Positions 18,270-28,384 of a stretch of 61,724 bases of DNA are shown piece by piece. Location: contig QZKA01000019.1 in NCBI GenBank assembly GCA_003598135.1, positions 107,690 through 169,413 on the forward strand, written 5' to 3'. Below the pieces are notes generated by a model. The model had not been told where the DNA came from, did no database searches, and saw only the letters and a list, made by a program, of their open reading frames with translations. The DNA comes from Candidatus Omnitrophota bacterium (GTDB taxonomy: Bacteria; Omnitrophota; Gorgyraeia; Gygaellales; Profunditerraquicolaceae). The position numbers and the translations under genes were made by a program. Position 1 is the first letter of the stretch; every line of letters starts with the position of its first letter.

Positions 18270-19853
18270 CTATACCTTAATGAGCTTGACGGAAAGTATA
18301 TTCTCTGTTTTCTTTATCTGCCCCAACAAATCTTCAGCAATAGGGCTATCGACATTCCAGATGCTCATTGCTTCTGCGCCGGGGATATTGCGCCCGAAGA
18401 CAAGTGTAGCGACATTAATCTTATGCATACCCAGCAGCGTGCCGATATTGCCGATAATGCCTGGCTTATCCCAGTTTTTCATGACTATCATATATCCTTC
18501 GGGCTTTCCTTCGACATCGAAATCATCGATTTTGACAATAACGGGTTCTCTTTTCGCGGAAATCGTAGCTGCGACGCGCCTGGTTTCTTTATCGGTCTTT
18601 ACCAGAAGCGAAACAAGGTTTAAAAATTCTTTCTCAATAGAGATTTTAGTCTGTTTCAGCTGGATGCCGCGCTCCCGCGCAAGGGGAAGCGCATTGATAA
18701 AATTCACTGTTTCTTTCAACGCGGGGCTCAATATCCCCTTCATGAGCGCCATCGAAAGCGAAGCAGTATCGTATTTAGTAATCTCACCGCTATATTGAAT
18801 TTCAATTTCATTGATCCTTCCTTCAATAAGCTGGCCGGCAAATAAACCAAGGCGCTCAGCCATAACGATATAGGGCTGTAAAATTTTATAAAGCTCGGAG
18901 TCTATACTCGGGTAATTGGCAGCATTACGGATACCTTTACCCAAGAGAAAATCTTTCACGCATTCTGCTATCTCTATGGCAACGTTGACCTGCGCCTCTT
19001 CGGTAGAAGCCCCCAGGTGACAGGATACAATTACATTATCGAGTTTCAGGAGTTCATAATCTTGGTCGGGCGGTTCTTTTTCAAATACGTCCAATGCCGC
19101 GCCTGCGATTTTTCCTTCCTTGAGGGCACGCACGAGAGCTGGCTCATCGATGATGCCTCCGCGCGCACAATTGATAACACGGCAATTCTTTTTCATCAGT
19201 GCAAATGCTTTGTCAGATATCATATGGTGCGTAGCGTCTGTCAAAGGCACATGAAAGGTGATAAAATCGGATGTCTTCAATAAAGGCTCCAGCTCCATCA
19301 ACTCAATGCCTAAGTCCTCGGCAATTTCGCGGGAAAGATATGGGTCAAAGGCTACTATTTTCATGCCGAAAGAAAATGCGCGCCTGGCAACTTCTGTACC
19401 AATCCTACCGAGCCCCACCACACCAAGCGTCTTCTTATACAACTCAACACCCATAAACTTTGAACGCTTCCATTCTCCCTTCTTGGTAGAGGCGTTTGAT
19501 TGCGGTATACTGCGGGCTAACGCAAGAAGCATGCTCATGGTGTGTTCGCAGGTAGAAATGGTATTGCCCGCAGGCGCATTCATCACCACGATGCCGCGCG
19601 CGGTCGCCGCTGCCAAATCTACATTATCAAGCCCTACGCCAGCACGGCCAATGACCTTTAAATGGCTGGCCGCATCAATAATATCTTTGTTCGCTTTGGT
19701 TGCGCTTCTCACCAAAAGGGCATCATAGCAGCCAATCGCAGCCTTTAGTTCTTCGGGCTTCATGCCCGTTTTCACATCAACCTGAAACTCCTTGCTCTCT
19801 TTTAATATTTTTAAGCCTTCTTCCGATAAAGAATCGCTAACCAGAATTTTCAT
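18270..19853 (-). CDS. serA: D-3-phosphoglycerate dehydrogenase (long form with ASB and ACT domains)
   Basis: 527 aa. GVVGLGRIGTEVA Rossmann motif, catalytic region CHLGASTEEAQ, C-terminal ACT domain. Confidence 0.93.
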   Translation of the reverse strand: MKILVSDSLSEEGLKILKESKEFQVDVKTGMKPEELKAAIGCYDALLVRSATKANKDIIDAASHLKVIGRAGVGLDNVDLAAATARGIVVMNAPAGNTISTCEHTMSMLLALARSIPQSNASTKKGEWKRSKFMGVELYKKTLGVVGLGRIGTEVARRAFSFGMKIVAFDPYLSREIAEDLGIELMELEPLLKTSDFITFHVPLTDATHHMISDKAFALMKKNCRVINCARGGIIDEPALVRALKEGKIAGAALDVFEKEPPDQDYELLKLDNVIVSCHLGASTEEAQVNVAIEIAECVKDFLLGKGIRNAANYPSIDSELYKILQPYIVMAERLGLFAGQLIEGRINEIEIQYSGEITKYDTASLSMALMKGILSPALKETVNFINALPLARERGIQLKQTKISIEKEFLNLVSLLVKTDKETRRVAATISAKREPVIVKIDDFDVEGKPEGYMIVMKNWDKPGIIGNIGTLLGMHKINVATLVFGRNIPGAEAMSIWNVDSPIAEDLLGQIKKTENILSVKLIKV

Positions 19854-19873
19854 AGGAACCTCCTCGGCGCAGA

Positions 19874-21013
19874 TTAACCCAAAAATACTTTTTGTGCCGC
19901 ACCAACACCTACGCCCAACTGAAATGAATACCCCATCTTTGCCAATACCTTTTCAAGACAGGAAATTGCCAGGATAATATCGAACTCCTCAATAAATCCC
20001 ATGTGGGCGATGCGGAATACCTTTCCTTTCAATTCCGCTTGGCCGCCTGCGATAGTAACACCGTAGGAATCTCTCATGGTCTTGACGAGCTTCTCTGTGT
20101 CGATACCTTCGGGGGCACAGACTGCCGTCACTACATCGGACGCTGCGGTAGGGGCGAACAAAGAAAGCCCCAGCGCCTTCATGGCGGCACGGGTCGCATC
20201 AGCCATCTTTTTATGCCTTGTGAAAATTGCCTCCAATCCATCCTGCTTCATCATGCCTAAAGCCGCACGTAACGCAATAATCAAAGAAATCGCCGGGGTA
20301 AAAGGAGTATCGGTTTTATCCAATGCCTTCTTCGCCGTCTTCAAATCAAAATAGTAACGCGGACACCTGGAAACCTCAATGAGCTTCCAGGCCTTGGGAC
20401 TGACGGAAATAAAACCCAGGCCCGGAGGAAGCATAAGTCCTTTTTGCGAACCAGAGATCACCATATCGCAAGTCCACTCGTCGGTTTTTAGGTCAATCGC
20501 GCCGATCCCGCTTATCGCATCAACTACCAACACTGCCTCCGTATTTCTTACTACTTCTCCTATAGCCTTAATATCATTGGTAACGCCCGTAGAGGTCTCG
20601 CACAACGTCGTAAACACTGCTTTGATTTTAGGCTTTGAGTCCTTTAATTTTTCTTTTATCAGGACAGGGTCTACTGCCTTACCCCATTCAACCTTAATAA
20701 CCTCGGCATGTATCTCGTAGGCTGCGCATAACTCCGTCCAGCGCTCACCGAATTTTCCGCCTTCTACCGTAAGCACGGTATCGCCGGGAGAAACAAGGTT
20801 TACAACCGCTGCTTCCATAGCGCCGGTGCCCGATGAAGCCAAGATAAAGACATCGTTTTTGGTCTGGAATACATACCGCAAATCCTCGGTTACTTCTTTT
20901 AAGACAGCCTGAAATTGGGGGGTGCGGTGGTGTAGTATCGGTTGCGCCATCGCCTCACACACCTCAGGCGGCAAGGGCGTAGGCCCTGGCGTCAAAAGAT
21001 AATTCTTTCGCAT
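19874..21013 (-). CDS. Class-V aminotransferase (AGXT/SerC-like), probable phosphoserine aminotransferase by context
   Basis: 379 aa. PLP-lysine region VISGSQKGLMLPPG. Immediately upstream of serA in the same transcriptional direction. Confidence 0.7.
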   Translation of the reverse strand: MRKNYLLTPGPTPLPPEVCEAMAQPILHHRTPQFQAVLKEVTEDLRYVFQTKNDVFILASSGTGAMEAAVVNLVSPGDTVLTVEGGKFGERWTELCAAYEIHAEVIKVEWGKAVDPVLIKEKLKDSKPKIKAVFTTLCETSTGVTNDIKAIGEVVRNTEAVLVVDAISGIGAIDLKTDEWTCDMVISGSQKGLMLPPGLGFISVSPKAWKLIEVSRCPRYYFDLKTAKKALDKTDTPFTPAISLIIALRAALGMMKQDGLEAIFTRHKKMADATRAAMKALGLSLFAPTAASDVVTAVCAPEGIDTEKLVKTMRDSYGVTIAGGQAELKGKVFRIAHMGFIEEFDIILAISCLEKVLAKMGYSFQLGVGVGAAQKVFLG

Positions 21014-21038
21014 TGCCTGGTTCCTCCTTCTTTATCCG

Positions 21039-21647
21039 CTATTTCTTTGTTTTCTCTACAATAACCTCGTCAACTAACCCGTACTGCTTTGCCTCAATAG
21101 AAGACATAAAATAATCCCTGTCCGTATCCTTTTGGATTTTTTCCAGAGATTGTCCGGTATGTGAGGCTATAATCTCATTAATCTTATCACGTAACTTCAG
21201 AATTTCTTGCGCGTGCCTTGAAATATCCTCTGCGGCGCCCTGCACACCTCCCCAGGGCTGGTGGATCATAACCCTTGAATTCGGAAGCGCAAACCGCTTG
21301 CCTTTAGTCCCCGCACAAAGAAGTATCGCGCCCATACTGGTCGCCTGACCTACGCAATACGTGGCCACGTCGGGTTTTAAGAATTGCATGGTGTCATAAA
21401 TAGCCAGACCCGCAGTCACTGAACCACCGGGTGAATTGATATAGACGCTGATATCCTTGTGGGCGTCTTCCATTTGGAGGAAGAGCAATTGGGCAATCAC
21501 CAGATTTGCGACATTATCATCAATAGCCGTACCGATAAATACTATACGGTCCTTAAGCAGCCGCGAATAGATGTCGTAGGCGCGCTCATACCCGCGCGCT
21601 GTTTGTTCAATAACCATAGGGATCAAAATCTGATTTTTTTCTTTCAT
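21039..21647 (-). CDS. clpP: ATP-dependent Clp protease proteolytic subunit
   Basis: [11 protein letters not shown] (Ser) and MIHQP (His) motifs. Start set at the ATG at 21645-21647 ([16 protein letters not shown]...). The track extension begins with TTG and overlaps the tig 3' end. Confidence 0.95.
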   Translation of the reverse strand: MKEKNQILIPMVIEQTARGYERAYDIYSRLLKDRIVFIGTAIDDNVANLVIAQLLFLQMEDAHKDISVYINSPGGSVTAGLAIYDTMQFLKPDVATYCVGQATSMGAILLCAGTKGKRFALPNSRVMIHQPWGGVQGAAEDISRHAQEILKLRDKINEIIASHTGQSLEKIQKDTDRDYFMSSIEAKQYGLVDEVIVEKTKK

Positions 21648-21678
21648 GCCATACCTCCGTAGCGTCTCTGAAACGTAT

Positions 21679-22569
21679 TTAAGGGTTTGTTTGTACGGAC
21701 TCTTTCCAATCAGCCTCTCGTAGAAGAAGGCCAATGGTGTTGGACGGCATCTGGTCATCAAGCGTTATATTTTCCCGCCGGGCAATTTCTGCCAATACCA
21801 GATATACCCTTACCTGTACCTTCGCCTGAGGCTCAAGTTCCTTGATCAAATTAGGCTCTTCCTGCGCTATCCTCTCGCGCGGAATCCCTTTCAGCGCCAA
21901 CTCCACCTTTGCCTGTTTTACTAAATCCTCCAGTTGCTTTTTCACCAAAGATTCGGGTAGCTTGAAATCAAGACCCTTGGTGATGCCGTCGATGATCTGC
22001 TGCTCGATCCACTGGCGTTGTTGATTTTCTTTTTGAATATATATCTGCCTCTCTACCGCCTTTTCAAGTTCTCCTACATCGGGATAGCTAAGGCCCTTGG
22101 CAAAACGGCCATCTATCACATCCGCCTTCTTGGTTTCTTTTACAGAATCGAGGTAACGTTTTATTTCTTCGCCGGAGACGGAAATTTTCTTATATTCAAC
22201 CTTAACGCCCTTATAATTTTTCAGCAGGATTTGAGGCCTTACCTCAAACTGGGCGCTGAAAGAAAGGTTAACCCTATCTAATTTAACGTCCTCGAAAGTA
22301 GGCAATTCTATTACGTCGAGCTTCTCCTTTTCTATCGCCTGCTGATAGACTTCGGGGATCAATTCCTTAAGCACTTGTTCGTGCGCCAGGGCCGAAAAGT
22401 TCCTCTCCACAATGTCACGCGGGGCATGCCCGGGCCTAAAACCAGGGACCTTGGCCTCCTGGCCTATCTTTTTGAATACCTCCTCGAATTTGTTCTTGAT
22501 GATATCGCCATTTACCTCAATGCGCATCTTAAGCTTTGTTGCATCAATCTTTTTTACTTCTGTTTTCAT
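21679..22569 (-). CDS. tig: Trigger factor, short form without the PPIase domain
   Basis: 296 aa. The N-terminal ribosome-binding signature GFRPGHAP is present. The sequence passes directly from the end of the N-domain ([12 protein letters not shown]) into the C-terminal arm domain. tig-clpP synteny. Confidence 0.85.
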   Translation of the reverse strand: MKTEVKKIDATKLKMRIEVNGDIIKNKFEEVFKKIGQEAKVPGFRPGHAPRDIVERNFSALAHEQVLKELIPEVYQQAIEKEKLDVIELPTFEDVKLDRVNLSFSAQFEVRPQILLKNYKGVKVEYKKISVSGEEIKRYLDSVKETKKADVIDGRFAKGLSYPDVGELEKAVERQIYIQKENQQRQWIEQQIIDGITKGLDFKLPESLVKKQLEDLVKQAKVELALKGIPRERIAQEEPNLIKELEPQAKVQVRVYLVLAEIARRENITLDDQMPSNTIGLLLREADWKESVQTNP

Positions 22570-22580
22570 CGTCTTCCTTT

Positions 22581-23303
22581 CTACATGCTGAATTTTTCTC
22601 CCAGGTATATCTCTTTTGCTTTCGGGTTGCTGATTAATTCTTGTGCGGTTCCCGATATCAGGATCCTGCCGTCGGCTATAAGATATGCCCTATCGGTGAT
22701 AGAAAGCGTTTCTCTGACGTTATGGTCGGTAAGTAGTATACCCAGCCCTTTATTTTTCAATTCCTTAATAATCTCCTGGGCTTCATTTACAATAATCGGA
22801 TCGATGCCTGAAAACGGTTCATCTAAGAGAATAAATGAGGGATTGGTAACAAGCGCACGTGTGATCTCAAGGCGCCTTCTTTCCCCTCCTGAAAGAGTGA
22901 AGGCTTTATGTGTACGCAGGTGGTCGATCTTCAATTCCTCAAGCAGCGTCTTAAGCCTTTCCTGGCGCTGTTTCCGGCTTAAAGACATGCTCTCCAGCAC
23001 CGCCATGATATTTTCTTCAACGGTCATTTTCCTGAATATCGACGGTTCCTGAGACAGGTAACCTATGCCGTAGCGACAACGCTCATGAATGGAGAGTTGT
23101 GTTAAATTCTCATTGTCAAAGATAATCCTGCCGTCGTCCGCAGGGATGATGCCAACAATCATATAAAAAGTTGTCGTTTTCCCGGCTCCGTTGGGCCCGA
23201 GAAGACCGACGATTTCTCCCCTCTTAACCGTCACATCGACGCCCTTTACCACTTCCCTGCCATCATAGGATTTGGTCAATCCCTTAATTTCCAGCAGATG
23301 CAT
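22581..23303 (-). CDS. lptB: LPS export ABC transporter ATP-binding protein LptB
   Basis: 240 aa. GPNGAGKTT, LSGGERRRLEI and ILLDEPF motifs. Follows the lptC/A-like gene, as in the E. coli kdsD-kdsC-lptC-lptA-lptB locus. Confidence 0.93.
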   Translation of the reverse strand: MHLLEIKGLTKSYDGREVVKGVDVTVKRGEIVGLLGPNGAGKTTTFYMIVGIIPADDGRIIFDNENLTQLSIHERCRYGIGYLSQEPSIFRKMTVEENIMAVLESMSLSRKQRQERLKTLLEELKIDHLRTHKAFTLSGGERRRLEITRALVTNPSFILLDEPFSGIDPIIVNEAQEIIKELKNKGLGILLTDHNVRETLSITDRAYLIADGRILISGTAQELISNPKAKEIYLGEKFSM

Positions 23304-24192
23304 GCGATAAATCCTCCGTTGAATAAATGACTAATTTTGGCTGGCCGGAAAGAGTAACCTTTTTATCCTTGGCGGTATAGACTGCTTCTTCGCTATATGC
23401 CACATTATCACCCCGGACGATCCTGACGTTGCCCCGCGCAACAATCTTGTCTATCTGCGTACTCATCAATGAAGCATGCGCCTCTTGCCCTTCTTTGGGC
23501 TGCGGTTGAGTTTTTGCAAAATACACATCCATATGGTCACTATATATCAAGACATCCGTAGTTTCGACTTTCACATTATTATTGAATACACCCACATTAG
23601 ACTTGTAATCTATCTCTAGTGGCCCGTCGCAATTAATGGTAATCTTATCTTTAACCGCTTTCTGCGTATCCGCGGGGTCCCGGGAAGGGTTAATTTCTAC
23701 CTGCACGTCCTTTTCAAGGCTCAGCTTACTCAAGTTGGGATGCCCCGCAGCACCTGTTGCCTTTGTAACAATGTTCTCCCGCGCGATATTAACCATATCC
23801 TGCGTCTGGACCACCTGATTTTTCCTATCCCAATCCAACGAATTAGTGGTAAGCTTTGTCCCTGAGGATGTACTGATAACCACGTCATCTTTAAGATGCA
23901 GAATACCTTCCTTTTTATCAAAGCTCCCCCTCTGCGCGGTCAGTCTTATATCCTCGTTTTCTCCGTATAAATTGCTCACTATATCGGTAAGCTGAACTAT
24001 TTCGCTGGACATATCCGCAGACTTTCCTGATACATCCCAGCTCTTTTTACCTCTCTCTCCAAACCCTGAAAGCGAAAAATCCGTGATTTGCTGTTGGGGA
24101 TCCTGCAACTTTGAATTTACAGCAGCATTCCCAACGCCGCAGAGTATCGTTATCAGTAAAACGCCTATATATACCGTAGACAGTTTAAACAT
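23284..24192 (-). CDS. LptC-like plus LptA/OstA-like fused LPS transport protein
   Basis: 302 aa. An N-terminal TM/signal anchor is followed by two consecutive beta-jellyroll-type halves. The first is LptC-like. The second has LptA-like features (KITINCDGPLEIDY...VFNNNVKVE...IYSDHMDVYF...ARGNVRIV...YSEEAVYT...VTLSG). It occupies the position held by separate lptC and lptA genes elsewhere. Confidence 0.7.
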   Translation of the reverse strand: MFKLSTVYIGVLLITILCGVGNAAVNSKLQDPQQQITDFSLSGFGERGKKSWDVSGKSADMSSEIVQLTDIVSNLYGENEDIRLTAQRGSFDKKEGILHLKDDVVISTSSGTKLTTNSLDWDRKNQVVQTQDMVNIARENIVTKATGAAGHPNLSKLSLEKDVQVEINPSRDPADTQKAVKDKITINCDGPLEIDYKSNVGVFNNNVKVETTDVLIYSDHMDVYFAKTQPQPKEGQEAHASLMSTQIDKIVARGNVRIVRGDNVAYSEEAVYTAKDKKVTLSGQPKLVIYSTEDLSHASAGN

Positions 24193-24712
24193 TATAATAT
24201 GCGACCTGCGACTGCCATTTCCCCTGGCTTTTCAGCAATAATTCTGCGACCTCGCGCACTGCACCACGCCCCCCCTGCTTAAAAGTGACGTACGCCGCCG
24301 CATTTCTGATCTCTGCCGCTGCATTGAAAACGGCTACGGGAAACCCAACCCTCTTCATTACGCATAAATCTACCAAGTCGTCGCCGACAAAACAAATCCC
24401 TTCAAGTGAAATACGATACTGTTTGGTAATTATTCCCAGTACCGTGCTTTTAGGAGAGACGTCGGAGAATACCCTTTCTACCCCCATATCTTTGGCGCGG
24501 GGCCTTATCGCGCGCGAGCCCTTTGCGGTAAGAAGAATGGTAGGAATGCCGGCTTTTTTGAGCAGGTACACTCCCATGCCATCATGCACATCAAAGAACC
24601 TTGAATCCCTGCCTTTGGAATCATAGATTATTCGTCCATCGGTAAGAACGCCGTCCACATCCAAAAGCAACAACTTGATCTTTTTTGCTTTCTCTAAGAC
24701 TAATTCATCCAT
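24185..24712 (-). CDS. kdsC: KDO 8-phosphate phosphatase (HAD family)
   Basis: 175 aa. LLLLDVDGVLTDG and VGDDLVDL HAD motifs. kdsD-kdsC synteny. Confidence 0.92.
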   Translation of the reverse strand: MDELVLEKAKKIKLLLLDVDGVLTDGRIIYDSKGRDSRFFDVHDGMGVYLLKKAGIPTILLTAKGSRAIRPRAKDMGVERVFSDVSPKSTVLGIITKQYRISLEGICFVGDDLVDLCVMKRVGFPVAVFNAAAEIRNAAAYVTFKQGGRGAVREVAELLLKSQGKWQSQVAYYNV

Positions 24713-24726
24713 GCCTATAGAAAACG

Positions 24727-25695
24727 CTACACCAAGCCCGCCTTGAGTAAATCCTGCACATCCAGGAGGCCGACAGGCCTTTTGCGACTATCTACCACGG
24801 GGACTTCATCAATCTTTTTCTCTTTCAATATACGCATCGCTTCTACCGCACGCATACCTGCTATAACTGAAATGGGTTTCTTGGTCATTACTTCTGTAAC
24901 CCTCTTGGTAATGATATCGGGGTAGAGTTTAATGTTACGCCGTAAATCCCCGTCCGTAAAGATACCTACCAACTTTCCTGCCGCATTAACGATCGAAGCA
25001 CTTCCTGCCCGTGCTTTTGTAATCGCAAAGAGTACTTCGGAAACCTTGCGGCTTTCCCTGACCACTGGGTTGGCCTGGCCTTTGCGCATGATATCGTCTA
25101 CTTTCAACAGTAATTTTTTCCCAAGGAGCCCGCCCGGATGATAAAATGCGAAATCTTTCTGTTCAAAGCCTTTCAGCTCAAGAAGGCATACTGCCAAGGC
25201 GTCGGTAATTGCCAGTGTTGCAGTCGTAGACGCGGTCGGCGCAAGCCCTAGAGGGCAAGCCTCCTTCTTTACGGATATATCAAGCACTATATCGCTGTGT
25301 TGCGCCAGAATCGAACGTTTGTTACCGGTTAGACCCACGATAGGAGAGCCTATTTTTTTAAGAAGCGGCAGCAATTGCTTGAGCTCATCGCTTGAGCCGC
25401 TGTTAGAAATCACTACCACCACATCAGCCGCAGTGACGCGGCCTAAATCTCCGTGTACAGCCTCTGCCGTATGCAGGAAAAGGCTGGGCGTACCTGTAGA
25501 CGCAAGGGTTGCAGAAAATTTCTCTGCGATGATGCCGGTTTTACCCATGCCGCTGACTACCACCCTACCTTTGGTTTTCAGAAGCAATTCAATAAGTTTC
25601 CTGAAATTGATACCGAGCCGCGGTTTTAGAGAACGTATCGCTTCTATCTCAATGTCCAAAACCTCTTTTGCCCGCTTAATAACGTCTCTCTTCAT
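24727..25695 (-). CDS. kdsD: Arabinose-5-phosphate isomerase (SIS plus tandem CBS)
   Basis: SIS motif VVVSGMGKTGIIAEK, C-terminal CBS pair. Start set at the ATG at 25693-25695, which forms an ATGA overlap with the kdsA stop. The track ORF extends 26 codons further. Confidence 0.92.
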   Translation of the reverse strand: MKRDVIKRAKEVLDIEIEAIRSLKPRLGINFRKLIELLLKTKGRVVVSGMGKTGIIAEKFSATLASTGTPSLFLHTAEAVHGDLGRVTAADVVVVISNSGSSDELKQLLPLLKKIGSPIVGLTGNKRSILAQHSDIVLDISVKKEACPLGLAPTASTTATLAITDALAVCLLELKGFEQKDFAFYHPGGLLGKKLLLKVDDIMRKGQANPVVRESRKVSEVLFAITKARAGSASIVNAAGKLVGIFTDGDLRRNIKLYPDIITKRVTEVMTKKPISVIAGMRAVEAMRILKEKKIDEVPVVDSRKRPVGLLDVQDLLKAGLV

Positions 25696-26507
25696 AATGC
25701 GCCCTCTATCGCACACACCTGCGCCAGGAGCTTTCTTAATTCCTTCAGGTTGATCATATTTGGACCGTCGCATAACGCGTCATCCGGACAAGTGTGTACC
25801 TCCAGAAAAAGTCCGTCACAGCCAAAAGCCACTGCTGCGCGCGAAAGCGCAGACACAAATTCACGCTGTCCTCCTGAGCATTGGCCTTTGCCGCCGGGTA
25901 ATTGCACGCTATGAGTCGCATCATAGACCACTGGTACGCCAAATTCCCGGATGATGGCGAGGCTGCGAAAATCTGAAACAAGATTATTATAGCCGAAACT
26001 AGAGCCCCTCTCCGTTATGAAAATTGACTTACTTCCCGCTAACTCTGCCTTTTTAATAATCGGCAGAATATCCCATGGCGCTAAGAACTGGCCTTTTTTG
26101 ATATTTACGGCCTTGCCTGACCTTGCGGCAGCAACAACCAAATCTGTCTGGCGGCACAAAAGTGCGGGTATCTGAAGCACGTCCAATACCTCCTTTGCCT
26201 CAGGAATATCCTGGACGCAATGCACGTCGCTAAGCACCGGTACTTTTAGTTGCTCCTTGACCTTGCGCAAAACCTTAAGCCCTTTCTTTAATCCTGGCCC
26301 GCGGTAAGAGGCGCCTGAAAGCCTATTTGCCTTATCGTAACTTGCCTTAAAAATAAAAGGGATATTGAATTCTGAAGCTATGTCCTTAAGCCGCAAGGCG
26401 GTCTCAAGGCATTGGGTTTGCGTTTCGATCACGCAAGGACCTGCAATGAGTACAAGAGGTGAACCGCCCCCCATAACGACGGTATCAGTCACCGCTACGC
26501 TACGCAT
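25692..26507 (-). CDS. kdsA: 3-deoxy-8-phosphooctulonate (KDO-8-P) synthase
   Basis: 271 aa. LIAGPCVIE, KASYDKANR and VVYDATHSVQLPGG motifs. Confidence 0.95.
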   Translation of the reverse strand: MRSVAVTDTVVMGGGSPLVLIAGPCVIETQTQCLETALRLKDIASEFNIPFIFKASYDKANRLSGASYRGPGLKKGLKVLRKVKEQLKVPVLSDVHCVQDIPEAKEVLDVLQIPALLCRQTDLVVAAARSGKAVNIKKGQFLAPWDILPIIKKAELAGSKSIFITERGSSFGYNNLVSDFRSLAIIREFGVPVVYDATHSVQLPGGKGQCSGGQREFVSALSRAAVAFGCDGLFLEVHTCPDDALCDGPNMINLKELRKLLAQVCAIEGAL

Positions 26508-27246
26508 CTGGTTTTCCTCTTTTTAGGTATTCGGCGATTTTGGCAATGTCTTCCGGTGTATCAACGCTTATAGTATCAAACTTTGTCTCTACCACCTTGA
26601 TGCGGTAACCGTTTTCCAGGACGCGGAGTTGCTCAAGCCTCTCGATCTTTTCAAGGCTTGAAGCCGGAAGATTCCTGTAGGTAAAAAGAAAATCCTTGGT
26701 GTAACCGTAGAGTCCTATGTGTTTATAGTAGGTGATAGATTTCACTTCCTGGCTGTGCCCCCGATAAGGGATTGTTGCCCGAGAAAAATAAAGGGCAAAA
26801 TTATTCTTGTCAGTGACCACCTTCACCACATTGGGATCGCGCAGTTCTTCCTCATTATCAATCTTACGAATGATGGTCGCCATATGTAGCGACGTATCGG
26901 CTAGAAGTGTACGCGCCACGCTATCAATCATGGTAGGATGGACCAACGGTTCATCTCCTTGAATGTTAATGATAACTTTGACGTCGATGGGATTTACCAC
27001 TTCTACAATACGGTCTGTGCCCGAGGCATGGCCGCGTGCCGTCATGACTGCTTTTGCGCCGAATTCAGAAACCGCACGCATAATCCTTTCGTCATCGGTA
27101 GCGATTACCAGCTCATCCAACAAAGACGACTCCTTCGCCCGTTCCCAGACATGCTGCAGCATGGGCTTACCTGCGATATCGACAAGCACCTTACCCTCAA
27201 ATCTTGTAGAAGAGTACCGTGCGGGAATTACGCCTATCACATCCAT
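26500..27246 (-). CDS. kdsB: 3-deoxy-manno-octulosonate cytidylyltransferase
   Basis: 248 aa. VIPARYSSTRFEGK and IQGDEPL motifs. Confidence 0.95.
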   Translation of the reverse strand: MDVIGVIPARYSSTRFEGKVLVDIAGKPMLQHVWERAKESSLLDELVIATDDERIMRAVSEFGAKAVMTARGHASGTDRIVEVVNPIDVKVIINIQGDEPLVHPTMIDSVARTLLADTSLHMATIIRKIDNEEELRDPNVVKVVTDKNNFALYFSRATIPYRGHSQEVKSITYYKHIGLYGYTKDFLFTYRNLPASSLEKIERLEQLRVLENGYRIKVVETKFDTISVDTPEDIAKIAEYLKRGKPDA

Positions 27247-27247
27247 A

Positions 27248-28270
27248 TCAAGCCAGCCTTTCTAGGAGCTCTTTTCTGTCTGTCACTGCGGTTCCGATTT
27301 TCCCCACTACTATACCTGCAGCGATGTTGGCGATGTGCGCTGCTTGTAGTTTTGTCGCCCTGCAGCACAAAGCCATCGTAAAAGCAGCAATGACGGTATC
27401 CCCAGCTCCAGAAACATCAAAAACCTCCTGCGCAACAGTCGGGATATGCGTCACCTCACCCCTCTTCTCTACTAAACACATCCCGTGCTCGCCTAACGTC
27501 ACGAGGATGGAATCCAGCTTAAGGTAATCCAAGATATACCGTGCTGCCCTATCGAGTTCTTTATCCGTACCGAGACGATACTCGTTCAACCTGAACCTAT
27601 TTGTCTTATCTGCGATCTTGAGGTTCTTGACGGCATCCTCAAATTCTTTACGGTTCGGAGTAATGCAGGAGGCTCCGCGATAATACTGAAAATGGTCTTC
27701 CTTGGGGTCAACATTGACGATTTTCTTATGCGCACGGGCAACCGAAACGATTTCTTTCAGCACTTGTTGATTGATTACTCCTTTACCGTAATCCTCGATA
27801 ATAACCGCATCCACTTCCCTGATTTTCTTTTTCACAAATTGTATGACCTTTTCATTCAATCTACTCTCTAACGTCTCGGCATTCTCCCAGTCAAGCCTTA
27901 CTACCTGCTGATGCCCAGCGATAATGCGCGTCTTTACCGTCGTATGCCTTCCTGCGTCCACAACAACACCGTCAGCGTTAATATGGCGCTTTGCCAATGC
28001 CGAACGCAATACTTGAGCATTCTTGTCCTTCCCGACTACCCCTACAAGGTTGACGCGGCCATCAAGGGAACTGATATTGGAAGCTACGTTTGCTGCGCCT
28101 CCGGGGATAAAGGTATATTTTTTTGCCCACACGACAGGAACCGGGGCTTCAGGAGAGATCCTCTCCACGTTGCCCCAGATATATTCATCCAGAATAACGT
28201 CGCCGATCACCAATATGCGCACCTTGCTGAAATCCCCTATAATCCTGGCTAACTGCTTTCTGTATGTCAT
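27248..28270 (-). CDS. hldA: D-glycero-beta-D-manno-heptose-7-phosphate kinase (RfaE domain I only, PfkB family)
   Basis: 340 aa. RILVIGDVILDEYIWG N-terminus and the GAGDTVIAAF PfkB motif. No adenylyltransferase domain is attached. Confidence 0.85.
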   Translation of the reverse strand: MTYRKQLARIIGDFSKVRILVIGDVILDEYIWGNVERISPEAPVPVVWAKKYTFIPGGAANVASNISSLDGRVNLVGVVGKDKNAQVLRSALAKRHINADGVVVDAGRHTTVKTRIIAGHQQVVRLDWENAETLESRLNEKVIQFVKKKIREVDAVIIEDYGKGVINQQVLKEIVSVARAHKKIVNVDPKEDHFQYYRGASCITPNRKEFEDAVKNLKIADKTNRFRLNEYRLGTDKELDRAARYILDYLKLDSILVTLGEHGMCLVEKRGEVTHIPTVAQEVFDVSGAGDTVIAAFTMALCCRATKLQAAHIANIAAGIVVGKIGTAVTDRKELLERLA

Positions 28271-28314
28271 TTTTTATTCCTTAGGTTTAAGTGCGGAAGG
28301 CAATGAACTGTTTA

Positions 28315-28343
28315 ACTTTATCACAATTTTTCGAATAAAGCAA
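28315..28343 (-). promoter_or_regulatory. Sigma70-type promoter (extended -10) upstream of the heptose kinase/kds genes
   Basis: Minus strand reads TTGCTT (28343-28338), a 17-nt spacer, then TG-A-TAAAGT (-10 at 28320-28315). Confidence 0.45.
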
Positions 28344-28384
28344 CCTGATTTTATGATGCCTAGAACGGTTGGAGGTGGATGCGT

